Source of the DNA: Haliotis rubra
Lineage: Eukaryota
Assembly (NCBI RefSeq): GCF_003918875.1
Contig: NW_025767080.1
Span: 2,666,001 to 2,730,000, forward strand
Direction: 5' to 3'
Length of the DNA: 64,000 nt
The notes beneath the pieces were generated by a model. That model was not told the DNA's origin. It did not search any database and saw only the letters and a program-made list of their open reading frames with translations. Position 1 is the first letter of the stretch. Every line of letters starts with the position of its first letter. Positions 38,550 through 51,810 of the stretch are shown here, piece by piece. The position numbers were made by a program, and so were the translations under genes.

Positions 38550-40157
38550 TTATTTCCCTCTGAAAGTAAACAGGTAGGTTCCAGTGATGGGTATGCAATA
38601 ACAAACATCAGATAAGGTATTCATTCACATTTACTACTTTGGATTGTGAGTTAACACATGTTATATTTGGGAGTACACTTTCTCAATTAAGTACAGATTC
38701 TAGTACTTCTGTTGGGTTGCGTTCTATCCGGGATTCTAACCCACACCCTCAGTCAGGCACCTAATCGCCAGCACACAAAGTCAGCTGCCTAACCCATCCG
38801 CTGTGGCAATAAAGGTACTAGAATCTGTAATTTACGGTGAAAATGTAATACCAAACATAATACGTGTTTCAATTGACCACTTTCTTAATGGCATTGTGTA
38901 TTCATAATGTTTTAATTATTTTGCAATTAATCGTTCCAGTTCAGAGACAAACGGTGACCGATAGATAGACAGATAGACAGACAGATAGATAGATAGAATA
39001 GATCACGCTACTAGCTACTTACACGCCTGGTCCACCAGGTCCAGTTGGACCACGTCCACAAAGACAGTGGCCGTCAAAACAGTGACGTTCGTCGTGGCTG
39101 TCTCTACAACCACAGCTGTCGCAGTCGGCGCGGGCGGTACATGTGGCTGAAATATGAACGTCCCTCTTGGTCACCACAGTACATATACGGCTCTCAGTGG
39201 TGTGATGTGATTAGATAGCTCCTGGCGTATGCTTGCTCAATGAATCCCTACAATTATCTAAACCGTCGGTATCAAGCTTGCACAAACATGGACTTTTGCG
39301 ATTTGGAATTGTGACTTTCACATTTGTTGAAGTCGTGGTGGCTGAGTGAATAGATCGCTTACCTTGTGCACGTCTTAGGTGCCTCACTCTGTTCCAAACC
39401 ACTCTCTATAGCCGTGTATACTTGTTGTCGCACCTTTGGCAACGTTTGTTATTGCAGTGTCTTTCCTAAATAATACCTTCACGGAAGAACTTTGCCGAAT
39501 ACAGTTATACAGACGTTATTTGGTTAATTGACATACCTGAAAAGTTTACTAAGAAAGTGTAATTATCACATTACATTTCATCAACTGCTGAAAGGCAGTG
39601 TGTATACTTGTGGTCATTCTGTTTGCCTCTTTCTGGTATAGGCGAATCTTACGTGAATAATACGCTGACGAATGAAAATTGCCGATTGTAGTTATTAAGA
39701 CTGTTATTTTGTTAATTGGCATACCTGAAAAGCAGGAACCAGGATTGGCTGCAACCAGACAGGTGCATTGTCCATGAGAGCAGGCAAGCCTTGAGGAACT
39801 GTCACATGTCACGTGAGTACAGTCACTATCATCCCTGCACGCCTGGCTGGATATCACCGCTGTATAACAAAAATATATACCATTTCATTAAAATTCGGGC
39901 TACCCGATGTACAGGGCACAGGTCACACTTTTGTTGAATGTAGCAAGTGGATGGATGAGCATATTTTGCAGGTTTGACTCCAGAGGGTTTCAGACTTCTC
40001 TCACATATCCAGCTTTGAAAAGGAGCAACACAAATTATGTATAGCTGTTTTATATCATTTAAATACTAAAACCTAATATCTAAAATATGAATGTCGTTAC
40101 TATCTTCTACTCACCAATAACAGAGCTGACAATGACGAGAAATAGTGTAAGTTTCAT
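38550..40157 (-). CDS. Copy G (type 2), 103 aa; same as F except GSCFS for GTCFS
   Basis: Exons 40115-40157, 39725-39859, 39023-39146, 38550-38559; TATA 40210-40219; AATAAA 38486-38491. Confidence 0.85.
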
Positions 40158-43100
40158 GTCTGTGGGATGAACGAAATGCTTTCAGAATAATGTCTTCATT
40201 CGGTTGATCCTCTTATATACTTATCCTTCCCGTGATACCAACACCAATCCCGTGAGCTAGAGTCACGATGTTGTGATTCTTTGTACAGCAGCTGCATGCA
40301 AGACTTATCTCCTTGTGGGCGGTTACGTCATGACATTGAGATAATACATGCAGCACATAGGTTACATTGCTTTGATTTATTTGGTTGGATCTGATACCCA
40401 ATAGGGCAATGTCTTGTCATATTTACGGTTAAAATTAAACGTTCCTACAAGTGAATAAACAACACATACAAAGTTAATTTGTTTTCTCATTTACAATGGG
40501 TTAGAAACGGTTACAAAAATCGGTATTCTTTCAGTCATTCTGAGGGCTATATTTTCAGACATCATAAAACTGAAGGCAATGTCACTCAGTTGCCTTACAA
40601 AACTGTATCCCCGTGAATAAGAATGAAGAGTGGAGATGTGAGCTTTAAAGCTTTCCATATTACAAATCAAGAGTAGGAAAACTGACATGGCAGTGCTGTG
40701 TTAGGTCATGTAGCGTTCATAGTTTAATTCAGAGTGTGAAAACGTAATAGAGAACTGTGTTGAATGTAAACGATTCAAAACTCAGTAAACCTTTCCAAAG
40801 GTTTATAGTTGAGATTGGAGGGCATTTCCAAATTTGACGCGTAACTGACAAAAGTGACGTTTGATGTAATTTTTACCTGTAGTATGTGTTCCTGTGTGTT
40901 ATTCAAGGGAACTTTTACTGGTTTGCAGCGGGTGCCTCCGGTGCGGCACGATAGCAAACACTATTTGGGAGTGATTCCAAAACACAGGTTCATGACTGTA
41001 TATCTAATCAAAGTAATGTTTGATAGGTAACATTTTCTATCTAATATCTATCGTGATTATATTGATATCTTTGTATATTCTCCCACCATGCGCTGAGTAA
41101 GCATGTTCTGTCTACATATATTCACCCTGTTCATTGACTCAGCATTCACTTCCTAAAGGAGCAAGAATTAGCTCTGAAACGTCGCATAAAGAATGAATAT
41201 ACAGTTATAGACTCTTGTAGAGGTCGATATCGGTTTGTATTGACCTGAGTAAAACAATATCGACCGACCTGTTTTTCTCAGGTCAATAAAAACCGATATC
41301 GACCTCTACAAGAGTCTATAATTGTTTTATTATATAATGAAAGAGAAACGGGTTTTAACATAAACTTTTAATGCACACATTGTGCCATCTATCCGAGTGA
41401 TCTGATTGGCTGAAAAGCGGGGGAAGCCCCTTCTTACGGGATTCCTTGTCTATTTTTTAGTAACCCAAGTCAATATCGTAATTTATCAGAAAACTCAAGT
41501 CAATATCATGTTTTGTAGTCAATCATGTGACGGTATTTTGACCAATCGTGGTACAGGAAAAATACTACCTATATAATAAAAGTCGTTATCCATAAAACAT
41601 GGCATGCGTTCATGTTCGTGCAACTTTTAAATGCCTTTTAAGACCTTCGTGTCATTAGATACAGACGTGGATTATCACCGAGAATTCCTTTATTTCAATT
41701 TAATCAAATTTCCTCTATACACCCTGCTTCAACATTGCAATGTGGCATGTAAACTCAGAAGAACGGGGTGGATACCAACGTCACTCCACTGCACATACAA
41801 GGTATGCCTTTGGGGAACCGAACCCCTATTGTGTATTAATATCATGTATTTTATTAACAAACAGAACTCCTTGTTAACAAGCGTTTGCATTTTGGAAACC
41901 ACTTTCTTCTGTATTCAGATTCATATGCATAAAGAAACTGCTCATGGAGAAGGAGAGCACAACTGGTGCTCCTGGGGATGCCTCCGTCCTGTGTGAATAT
42001 CTTGCCTCCAAATGTTATTGCAAATCAAAGAACAAGAGATTTGCATTTTTCAAGAAGGTAGGAAAACCTCAACTCATTTTGAAAGGTCAAAGATGTGTGC
42101 GTATGATTCAAAATACGGCTTTGTGCCGTGCAACTACCGCGCGTTCTGTTAGACAATAAATGCATAGATAAGACTTTGGTAATCAGTAAATATGCTATCG
42201 TGGGACTGACCCTGACATCTGGCCACCAGGTTTTTCGAAACATGAGACTAGCAACAAGTTTTAACAGGAATTTACCATACTTGTTGCGTCAAAGATGACA
42301 CTCATCGACGACTTCTTGTTGGATCGAGATTCCAACAGTTTTTATTATTATTTCACTTTTCTTGTTGTACAGCAACTCATATAATATGTCATTTAACATA
42401 TGTTTCATTAAAAAAATTCAGATAATTTAGTACATCAGTAAACTAAGTTTCATCGAAAAGGATACTTCAATAAAATGGTTCAAAGCATACAGCTTATGGC
42501 AACCAATGTCATACATCGATAAAACAAAGTTTCATCAAAAAGGGTAATTGAATAGAATGGAGACTCCAACATGCAGTTGGACAATTGTTCTGACGCTTCT
42601 CAATTCAGTGATCCTACAAAAAGTTTAAACTTTCAACAACACACATATGAACTTATTCACACAAGTGACCATACCTTGCATTTGTTTATTTCAAGACGTG
42701 ATGAACAAACAGCCAAATCCATAGGTGTGACAAATCATATGATATCCAATCAGACTGTGTTTTGGGAGCAAACGGACTAATGTAAAGCTTTCCCTAGTTT
42801 CAATCATGTCAAACTATTTGTGTTATATTTTATTGCTGCGTTTCTTATCAGTTTCTATCCCACTCCAGATAGCCACGATCGTATTGTTAGATAGAAAATC
42901 TCTTGTTGTGAGTACGTTTGGATAATTGTGGTTGTGGGCATATAGCATGACTGGTGTATTTGCAGAGATATTTTACACTCTGTTATCGTGGAAAGGAAAA
43001 CTAGGCTGCAAAATTGACGATTATCTTGGACAAAAGGATTTTGTTGTGTTTCATCGTGAATCATTCTTTGTTTGTATAGATTCATATATAAAGTACTTGG

Positions 43101-44287
43101 CTATAGCTCGATATATGTGTCACCATTTGCCTGTTGTCTTAATTTGCTAATTTGTTAACAATCTGGATATAGATTATAATTTGTCATCTTACATGCAAAT
43201 ACTTTGACGAAATGGGAAACACAATGCTGCAGTCTTCTTACAAGTACAATGGGCCAAAGGCTATGAATATACAAGTAGGAAAATTAAGTCGCAAATATTC
43301 AAGTAAACAATCTGTGGAGAGGTCAATCAATGGCTGTCAAGTTTCAATACTGTTTCCTCTTATATATAAGAATAAACACCGTAGATGGGATGAAACATTA
43401 CAAATTCAAAAAGATTGTCTTTTCTGTCTTCTTTTTGTTAATACCCCAAAAGCGTTACGACATTTAAACCCTCTCCAATATTACTGCTGTGTGTTTTAAA
43501 AGGTGGAGTTTTTCAGACATTTCAACCCACGTGGTTCCTGGATATAGGTCAGCACCTATACGGCACTGTGATCACAATGTGCTGATTCTACAGCGTAAAC
43601 AGCGTGAAAAACGTGTTGAGATCATTTCAGCTGTTTATCGGTATTCCAGGCCATACGGACTTGCTGTGGCCAGATCGTGATTTGGGTGCTTTGGACTAGT
43701 TTTTGTGAAATGTCGGGATTGTTGTCATTTCATTACAGATATACACGACCCGCTAAGATCGGGGTTAAAACTGAGCAAGCATGAGAACTGAGCAACCTAT
43801 GCTTGTCGTAAGAGGCGACTAACGGGATGGACAGGTTCGCTGACCTGGTTGACGCATGTCATCGCATCGCAGTTCGAAGCTCATGGTGTAATTCCCTGGC
43901 TTGTCTGGTCCAGATTATTTACCGGTGCCATATAGCTGGGATATTGCTACGTTCGGCATTAAACAATAAACAAACAACAGATGTAAAGATGTTTGGAAGG
44001 GAATTTTCAGGGTTGACGTTCTCTATTACTTCAATCACTATAAAATGTCAAGCTTAATCCGACATGCTGTGACGGGTCGGCTTCTGTGTAAACAGAATAT
44101 CAAAATATAATTTACACAAAGAACTTAATTAAGCACCCCTGTACATTTGCAATGATATGTTTTCAACACGTACATAAAACTTCTCGTGGTGCCCACGATT
44201 GAGTGTTTCTGACCCGTATGATCCTTTGAAAAAACGACAAAATGATTGTAATCCATGTTGATTTTATGATGATAATTGTCATTTAAA

Positions 44288-44309
44288 CACACACACACAA
44301 ACACACACA

Positions 44310-44363
<54 letters not shown>
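44288..44363. repeat. (CA)n microsatellite
   Basis: Directly visible. Confidence 0.95.
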
Positions 44364-46149
44364 ACTGATTATGTGTATGGCCCTGGAATGTTTAATGGTG
44401 AATTTATTGGTGAATGTAAACAAGTCATTCAAAATGTCATTTTGCGTGTCTTACACGATTCAAGGTCAATACCGAGTGCAACCTCCTTGTGACTGTATGA
44501 CAGTCAGCACCCTCCTCCTCATACCCCCATCATGTCAACCTCCTGATCCTCTGAAGGGGCAGTCTACGCCATTCCTCGTGTAAAGCAGCATCCAGTTAGG
44601 CCAAGTTCTGTACAGGAGGATCCCTTTGTTAAAGACGACGCCCAATCATGTCCCAGATGTGCTCCAAAGGGTTTAGATCGGGACTCATTCAATCGTGAGA
44701 TATGTCAGGTGGTGCTTAACTAAGTTCTTTGTGTAATACTTTACTGACATGCTTCACAAGAGACTCATCACACGCGAATACGTAGACAATAGAATTCTGT
44801 CATAATTGGTACATCAAATCTACTGAGGGAAGGAGAGAGGTTGGTACTATTTTCTGACACGATTCTTCGTGTGAGGGTTTTAATACCCTAATTGTCTTGT
44901 TTCCTCGAATCAACAATGTCAGCAAATAAGAAAGGACAAATATAGCATTGGTACCAATGGCTTTGACTTTGATACGTGGTCTGCAGTATGTTGGACCTAT
45001 TCAACCGTGAAATTGCATCATGAGCTACCAAGACCATATTCTCCGCATGTATGAAAAACGCATAACTGATATTTTATAATATATGAAACTGACGATTGTT
45101 CTTCAGATTTGAAATATTGCTGAACATACAGCGAAACGTTTTGACTGACAAGTACGGCAAAAACATAATGTGAACGGGTACGGTGCTGACATTCCTAAAT
45201 CTGATATTCGTTCCCAAGAATAGCATTCTGATACGCCAAAAAGGGACACAACTCTGCATAGGGAATTAGAGCGTCTAAGACACCTCATCGTATCTCAAAT
45301 CGTGTAGCTAGGTTGTGAGGTTCAGGCTCACACTGTACATGTTTCTCCATAGAATCATCATCTCCCACCATAAATTATGAGTGAGTGAGTGAGTTTAGGT
45401 TTGCACCGCACTCGCAATATTCCAGCTATATGGCGGCGGTCTGTTATTAATCGAGTCTGGACCAGACAATCCAGTGATCAACAGCATGAGCATCGATCTG
45501 CGCTATTGGGATACGTGACATGTGTCAACCAAGTCAGCGAGCCTGACCACCCGATCCCGTTAGTCGCCTCTTAAGACAGGCATGGGTTACTGAAGGCCAA
45601 ATCTAACCCGGGACCTTAACGGGTTCCATAAATTACGAATGAATCCTAGGTGAATGTGGTGTTCAACAAAACAAATATATGAGAGAAATATTTCGGGAAC
45701 TTGCATTTCATTTTGTAGTGTCGCCTTATTTTTCTGTCCTCTATTAACGACCTTGAGTTGTCATAAAAATAGAGCTGTGTTTACATTGCAGAAATTGTAA
45801 TTGTAAACAAGGACATTTACATGGTGAGAAAGCTCGAGATGATAATATGTCGTGATCTAAATATATATATGTTTTTGCTCTTATCAGAGAATCACGATAC
45901 AATGGTCACGATTCTATTTGTGTACGAATGTCGGACATTCAAACGGAAAAGTAGGTTAAGGTTTGGTTTGTGTTTCTTGAAAGATATACTCGAAGACACA
46001 CGTTATTGTGACACACAAACAGAATCACCGTTACTTTACTGCGGAAACCTTACTCCACGAATGAAAGGCCATAACAAGGAAAAACAAATGTTCAAAGTAT
46101 GGTAATAGTCTAAAGTGCATGAGAACAGCAAACCTGACATTCAGTTGAG

Positions 46150-46420
46150 TTCATCCAGTAAAGAGTGACGAGTGTGACCAGCTTGTGTATTGATGCACGC
46201 CTGCCATCTTTGCCTTATTGGGGATACTTAACGTAGACGGGGAAGTCATGGGAAAGATCATTCTAGATCCGAGGAAGGATTTGGCGTTGCTTCTGTAGCG
46301 TTGTTGTAGGATTCGGGGGAATCGCGCTATTTCAGTGAGTGATAGATCAGGGGATCTTGTGGGCCAGAGTAGCACATTAGCATTGTGTTGATACTGCTGT
46401 ACAACTCGAGCAAAGTCTGG
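46150..46420 (-). mobile_element. Old Tc1 transposase C-terminal remnant
   Basis: LLWPTRSPDLSLTE resembles the Tc1 WPxxSPDLNPIE motif. Confidence 0.5.
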
Positions 46421-46817
46421 TATGGCGTTATCGTGCAGAAAGTCACGCCATTGACGTCTATTGTAAACACGGTATAGTGGTCATTTGCAAAATCTCGTCC
46501 CGCTACCTCATTCAAGTTCCCCGCAGTCACAACCATTGGCGTCCTTGCTGCAACTGTTATCCAGCTTTATACTTTCGATATAATATATAATCATATGTTA
46601 TCAACGTATTGCGAAGTTTCCGATTGAGATACATGTACCTACTGAACGCAACACTTGACTTCAACTGGGCAGTGTCACAGAATAGTCCTCAGATAGTTTC
46701 AGGTTACAACGCAAATCGAGTCTTTTCTGCTGTTTATTTCATTTGCACTTATGGAACAACTCTCCTTTTCACTTAGACCCGTGAAGATCCGGGTTAGAAT
46801 TGGTCTTCAGTAACCTA

Positions 46818-47735
46818 CGGGGGCGTTCATTAAAGATTTCCCCTGACCCACTTCTGGTTTTCACATGTGGTTGAAACTTCATGTGAGTAATGACACATAT
46901 GTCTATGGGTCCTGTGGAAAATTTCAGCATTGAACTATTAAAGCTATTTCTTTGACAAGCGTTATATTGAAGTAAGGTGTGACAATGGAGCCAGTTGAGT
47001 ACCGAGCAGTGATCAAGTTTTTGTACTTGATAGGTCGCACGCCAAAAGAGACTTTTGATGAAATGAAAGCAACCTATGGGGAGGATGCCCCATCGTATGA
47101 CGTAGTTAAACACTGGCATCGCCAGTTGAAATGTTGTCGGAAATCTGTGGAAACTGCTCCATTCCTGGTCGACCCCTTTCAGCCATTGATGAAGACACTG
47201 TCCGTAAAGTGGAGACTGCCATTTTGGAAGACTGACGTGTAACTGTTCGCCAGTTAGCACATGATGTCAAGTTCAGTGTAGGGTCTGTGGAAAAAAATCA
47301 TTCATGACAATTTGCACATGCATAAAGTGTCTGCACGATGGATTCCCAGGCTGCTCACATTTTTCAGAAGCAGGAACGAGTCATTTGCTTAAAGGCTCTT
47401 TTGGACATGTACCCAAAAAAAACAGGCAAACTTTTTCGACAGATTTATCACACACCATGCACCATGTGACTTCCATATCTTTCCAACTATGAAGTCCTTT
47501 TTGAAAGTACCACGCTTCCCAGATGATGAAATACTGATTTCGGAAGTCAAGTCATGGTTTGGTACGCAACCTACTGACGTTTTCAAGCAAGGTCTTTATA
47601 GTTGCACAAAACGATGGGAGAAGTGTGTAACTCTTGGTGGTTGCTATGTAGAGAAGGACTAATAACTGTTCTAAGTTTCGTTCCAAGAAGTCCACTGCAA
47701 GTGGGTCAGGGGAAATCTTTAATGAACGCCCCTCG
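46818..47735 (+). mobile_element. Internally deleted mariner transposon (918 bp) inserted in a SINE
   Basis: ~36-bp TIRs cg(a)ggggcgttcattaaagatttcccctgacccactt, TA TSD; MEPVEYRAVIKFL HTH, ARWIPRLL, APCDF, KRWEKCV..GG.YVEK motifs with frameshifts. Confidence 0.92.
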
Positions 47736-49149
47736 TATGCTTGTCGAAAGAGGCGACTGACGGGATCGGGTTGTCAGGCTCGCTGACTTGGTTGACACAT
47801 GTCATCGCATCCCAGCTGCGTAGATCGATACTCATGCTGTTGATCACTGGATTGTCTGCTCCAGACTCGATTATTAACAGCCGCCATATAGCTAGAGTAT
47901 TGCTGAGTGCGGCGTAAAACTAAACTCACACACTCACTCCTTTTCACTTACGTTTACCATTCACCATCCTGTAGATCCTGTGACTGTTTGTATTGATTTC
48001 CATCAATTCAAAAAAATTATAAAGTGTCTGAATGATAACATCCTCTTTTGTCAAGAGATGTATTTCCATTCTATCTGATAAAGACCCTGAGCTCAGTGTG
48101 ACACAATAGCCTTCCAGTCAAATGGGTAGATGTGATGGGCTCATTCAGAGATGGAGATCACTTCCAAAACATAACTTAGTTGGGAAATGGATCCAGAGTA
48201 TTTACCAAGTAGAAAGAGATATTATACCTTGGGTAACCGTGGAGTCAGTAAGACATGTACAGTAAATGCATGTGGTCCAATATACGAACCTGATATCGAC
48301 TTGCTTACACTGAGATTACCACGCGTCGATGGGCTGAGTCGATGCCGTATGAAATATTTTATGTCTGTTTCAGTTACTTGTACAACAGATGTTTGGGTGG
48401 GGTGGGGGTTATAATTCACGACAAACACGGGGCAGTGGGGTGGGGTGGGGTGAATTTGAGGAGGGCTCGAACGTGTCATTTGGGTCCTCATGTAATTCTC
48501 AAAATGTTTAGGAGGAATGTTCACATGAATTAACTCAAAAGTCAGCAACGTTTCAACCATATGATGGTTTGTAAATAACCGGGGCGGTGGGGTAGCCTAG
48601 TGGTTAAAGCGTTGGCTCGTCACGCCGTCACGGGGTTCGAATCCCCACATGGGTACAATGTGTGAAGCCCATTTCAAGTGTCCCCCCGCCATAATGTTGC
48701 TGGAATATTGCTAAAAGCTGCGTAAAACCAACCTCAGTCAGTCAGTCGTAAATAACCGCGTTCCAACGAAAACATGCACAGTCAAGGTAGGACGACAAGA
48801 CACAGAGACTGTCCGACCTTTCATCTGCAGACGGATCATACCAGCACGAATATACCACTGACAAGCTCTGTCCCTGAGACCCCTCACACTGAAGTTGTAC
48901 TGAACTGTATGAAATTGTTTGCTGATCTTCCCCAGTATGTAAAAAAAGCAGTTTCCAGTGAAAATAAGAATAAAGTGGCTTGGGGTTTACATTAGACATT
49001 GTAACATTTTCTGAAAAGGATGTTTTCTTTAAAACTTCAAAGGAGAGAGAAAATCTTAGCTCAAGTGCCATTTGGCTCAAGAGTTTACTCAATAGCTGAA
49101 TAGCTTAGGCCAAAGAATGTGTGCTTTCGGTGTAGATTATTTAACTGAG

Positions 49150-49221
49150 GTCCGTGCTGGGATTCGAACCACGGACCTTCTAAACCGAAGTCGGACGCCT
49201 TGTCCACATGACCAAAGAGGT
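49150..49221 (-). pseudogene. tRNA-Arg(TCG)-derived pseudogene or SINE head
   Basis: TGGACAAGGCGTCCGACTTCGG...GGTTCGAATCCC; acceptor stem does not pair. Confidence 0.55.
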
Positions 49222-50189
49222 TAACCCTGTCAGCAAGATGACTAGGATTTTTAACAATTGCCTAAATAACACAGGGACTGAGAGCACATTTGACTTTGTT
49301 GGGCTTACAAATACAGCCTCGCTGCGCAAGATGTTATGACGCAGATGTTGCGCATCCATTTTGACCACAATTGATGCAAGAAAACTGACAAACACTGAGG
49401 GGAGTGTGTAACCCGCTGCTTGCAAGTCGCATGAACATCACTCTGGAAATACAATTACCAGCTTGAAAACCAAACATATTCATAACATCTGACAATGTGG
49501 CAAAGCAATATCGCGTTTCATGAGGTAATATTATTTCATAAACTTGCTCAATATTTAAAACTGAAATACCACAAGGACCACATACTCGTCATTTCACTCC
49601 CACGTGTACGTCATACACCTTTGATCAACTTGATCAAAACAGAAAATACTGGTAACCAGAAGTAATCTATTCCATATATTTCGAATACTTTTAAATAATC
49701 AAAATCTGATTTGAGAATATTTTGCTCTCAGTGCCATGTACTTCCTGTTATCAAATGACGTAGAAATACTAACGTAAAAGTCATTCACTTTTTGGAAAAA
49801 CAATGCTCCGATACAATTTACCACAAATACACACTTAAAAATAGATCCACATATATTTTTTTTCAACGAACTTCTTCTATTCGTGTATTGAGTAGATGTA
49901 CATATCATGAACACACATGAAGCATTTCATTCTTATCTCGCATATTCCTCTGACCATCTGTCCCACAGGGAGGCATTCCCATTCCTCGGCTTCAGCATAG
50001 CTATAGTGTTTGTTTGTGTTAAACATATTTTATTCACAGAGAAAAAGGATTAGGAATAAGTTCTCCAACTTAGAATACCCTCTCCTCGGTATGTACATAG
50101 GTAATTTAGATTCCCGCAACTAAAGATGACAGATAGTGGACAAGAAAGTAGTTTAAGTAAAAAAGAGATAGAGCTTATACAGAATAATA

Positions 50190-51560
50190 TCAATATGCAA
50201 AACAAATCGTTTTCTCTCACTAAGAACGAGTGCACTAACTTGAATACATTTGTATTTTCACATGATGATAGGTCTGCAATTCCTTCTCGCACAGTTTAAG
50301 GTCAACTGAAATTTATCATTGGATAAAAAAGAAAGGTTTTCTATGGTATTTTGCAATATATCAAACGCATTTGATCGTGTCTGGCACAGTGGATTACTGT
50401 TGAAACTTGAAAACTATGGTGTAAGCGGACAGCTGTTGGGATGGTTAGCTAGTTACATAAGTAATCGCAGTCAGAGTGTATTTGTCAATGGGTCAGCTGT
50501 TTCTAAGCTGAGGACTCTAAGCACTGTTGTCCCACAGGGGTCAGTGCTTGGCCCTTTTTTATTCATTGTATACATTAATGATATAACAGATGAATTAGAT
50601 GGCTTAAGGCGTCTTTGGGTTACTCATCACCAGATAGCAGGATTATTGAAATGAATCTAAATGCTTATTTATGTAAGTTAAATATTTTGGGTAAAAGATG
50701 ACGTATTAAGTACAATCCAGAAAAGACGGAAGCTGTCCTATTCTCGATGAAAAATGATATCGATGTACCACATCTTTACTTTGATGGTGTTGAAATGAAA
50801 TTGTTGATAACCATAAACCTTTGAAGTTAACCTTTACCACAATGGAAAATGGGCTGGCCATATTCAAAATATGATACTAAAAGTTTCAAAAATGGTTACC
50901 TCCATGCGACTATTGAAATATGTATTGTGTAGGGGTACTCTTAATAAGATCTATAACATGTTCATTCGGCCGCATCTTGAATACGCATGTGAAATCTGGG
51001 ACGGTCGTACTCTTGAACAAATAAGTAAGTTGGAACAGATTCAATTACAAGCAGCGAGAATAGTTACTCGTTTACCAAAATATACATCACGTGAACTTCT
51101 TTATTTTGAAACTGGATGGGAAACATTACAAGATCGTCGTAGAAAACAAAAACTATGTTTGATGTATTAAATTCAAAATGAAATGGCTCCTCCATATCTA
51201 AAAGAACTGCTTCCCTTGAATGTTGGTTCTAAATCAAAGTATAATCTATGCAGTTCTCTAAACATATCGATTCCTATTTCAAGACTTTTAAAAACATTCA
51301 AAAGAATCCTTCTTTCCATCTACAATATGCTCTTGGAACAATTTACCAACCACCGTTCGTAATTCAAAAAGTGTTTCAACATTTAAATCATGCATAACTG
51401 ATAACCATGCATATACACCTCAGTATTATTCGTGTGGTAAAAGTATTTATTTAGTATTATTCATACCAAGTTGTGTTATGCTGTTAGTTGTTTGAACTTT
51501 GATTTGTACAGAGCTGAATTGAAAACTGATCCCATTTGTATATGTGGTGATTTTATTGAG
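50190..51560 (+). mobile_element. Degenerate CR1/L2-type LINE reverse transcriptase 3' half
   Basis: AFDRVWHSGLLLKL, VPQGSVLGPFLFIVYINDI, IRPHLEYACEIW, LEQIQLQAARIVT, GWETLQDRR. Confidence 0.92.
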
Positions 51561-51603
51561 GACTCGTCAACGCTTCTGTCGCCCATGTCTGTTGAACTGG
51601 GTA

Positions 51604-51810
51604 TCCATCCATCCATCCATTCCCATATCCACCATCCTTCTCACACCCGTCCATCCATCTATCTGTCAATCCATCCACCCTTCTGTCGGCCATCTATCCT
51701 TGGACACAGTCACCAGCCCACCTAAGCATCAATATGTCTGTCTATCTACCAATCCATAATGCCATCCATCCACCAATTTACCCATCCACCGATCCATCTA
51801 TCCATCTACA
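51604..51810. repeat. Degenerate (CCAT)n microsatellite
   Basis: Directly visible. Confidence 0.85.

Larger units (their letters stand above)
23598..45363. repeat. Recent tandem triplication, one gene per unit (23598-31076, 31077-38251, 38252-45363)
   Basis: Near-identical sequence and recurring identical ORFs at ~7.1-7.5 kb spacing; junction tcatcatct|ttgac at 31076 and 38251. Confidence 0.95.

Noticed and set aside
48581-48650. Functional tRNA genes here and at 49150-49221
   Set aside because: No complete cloverleaf; the first continues into a SINE body.
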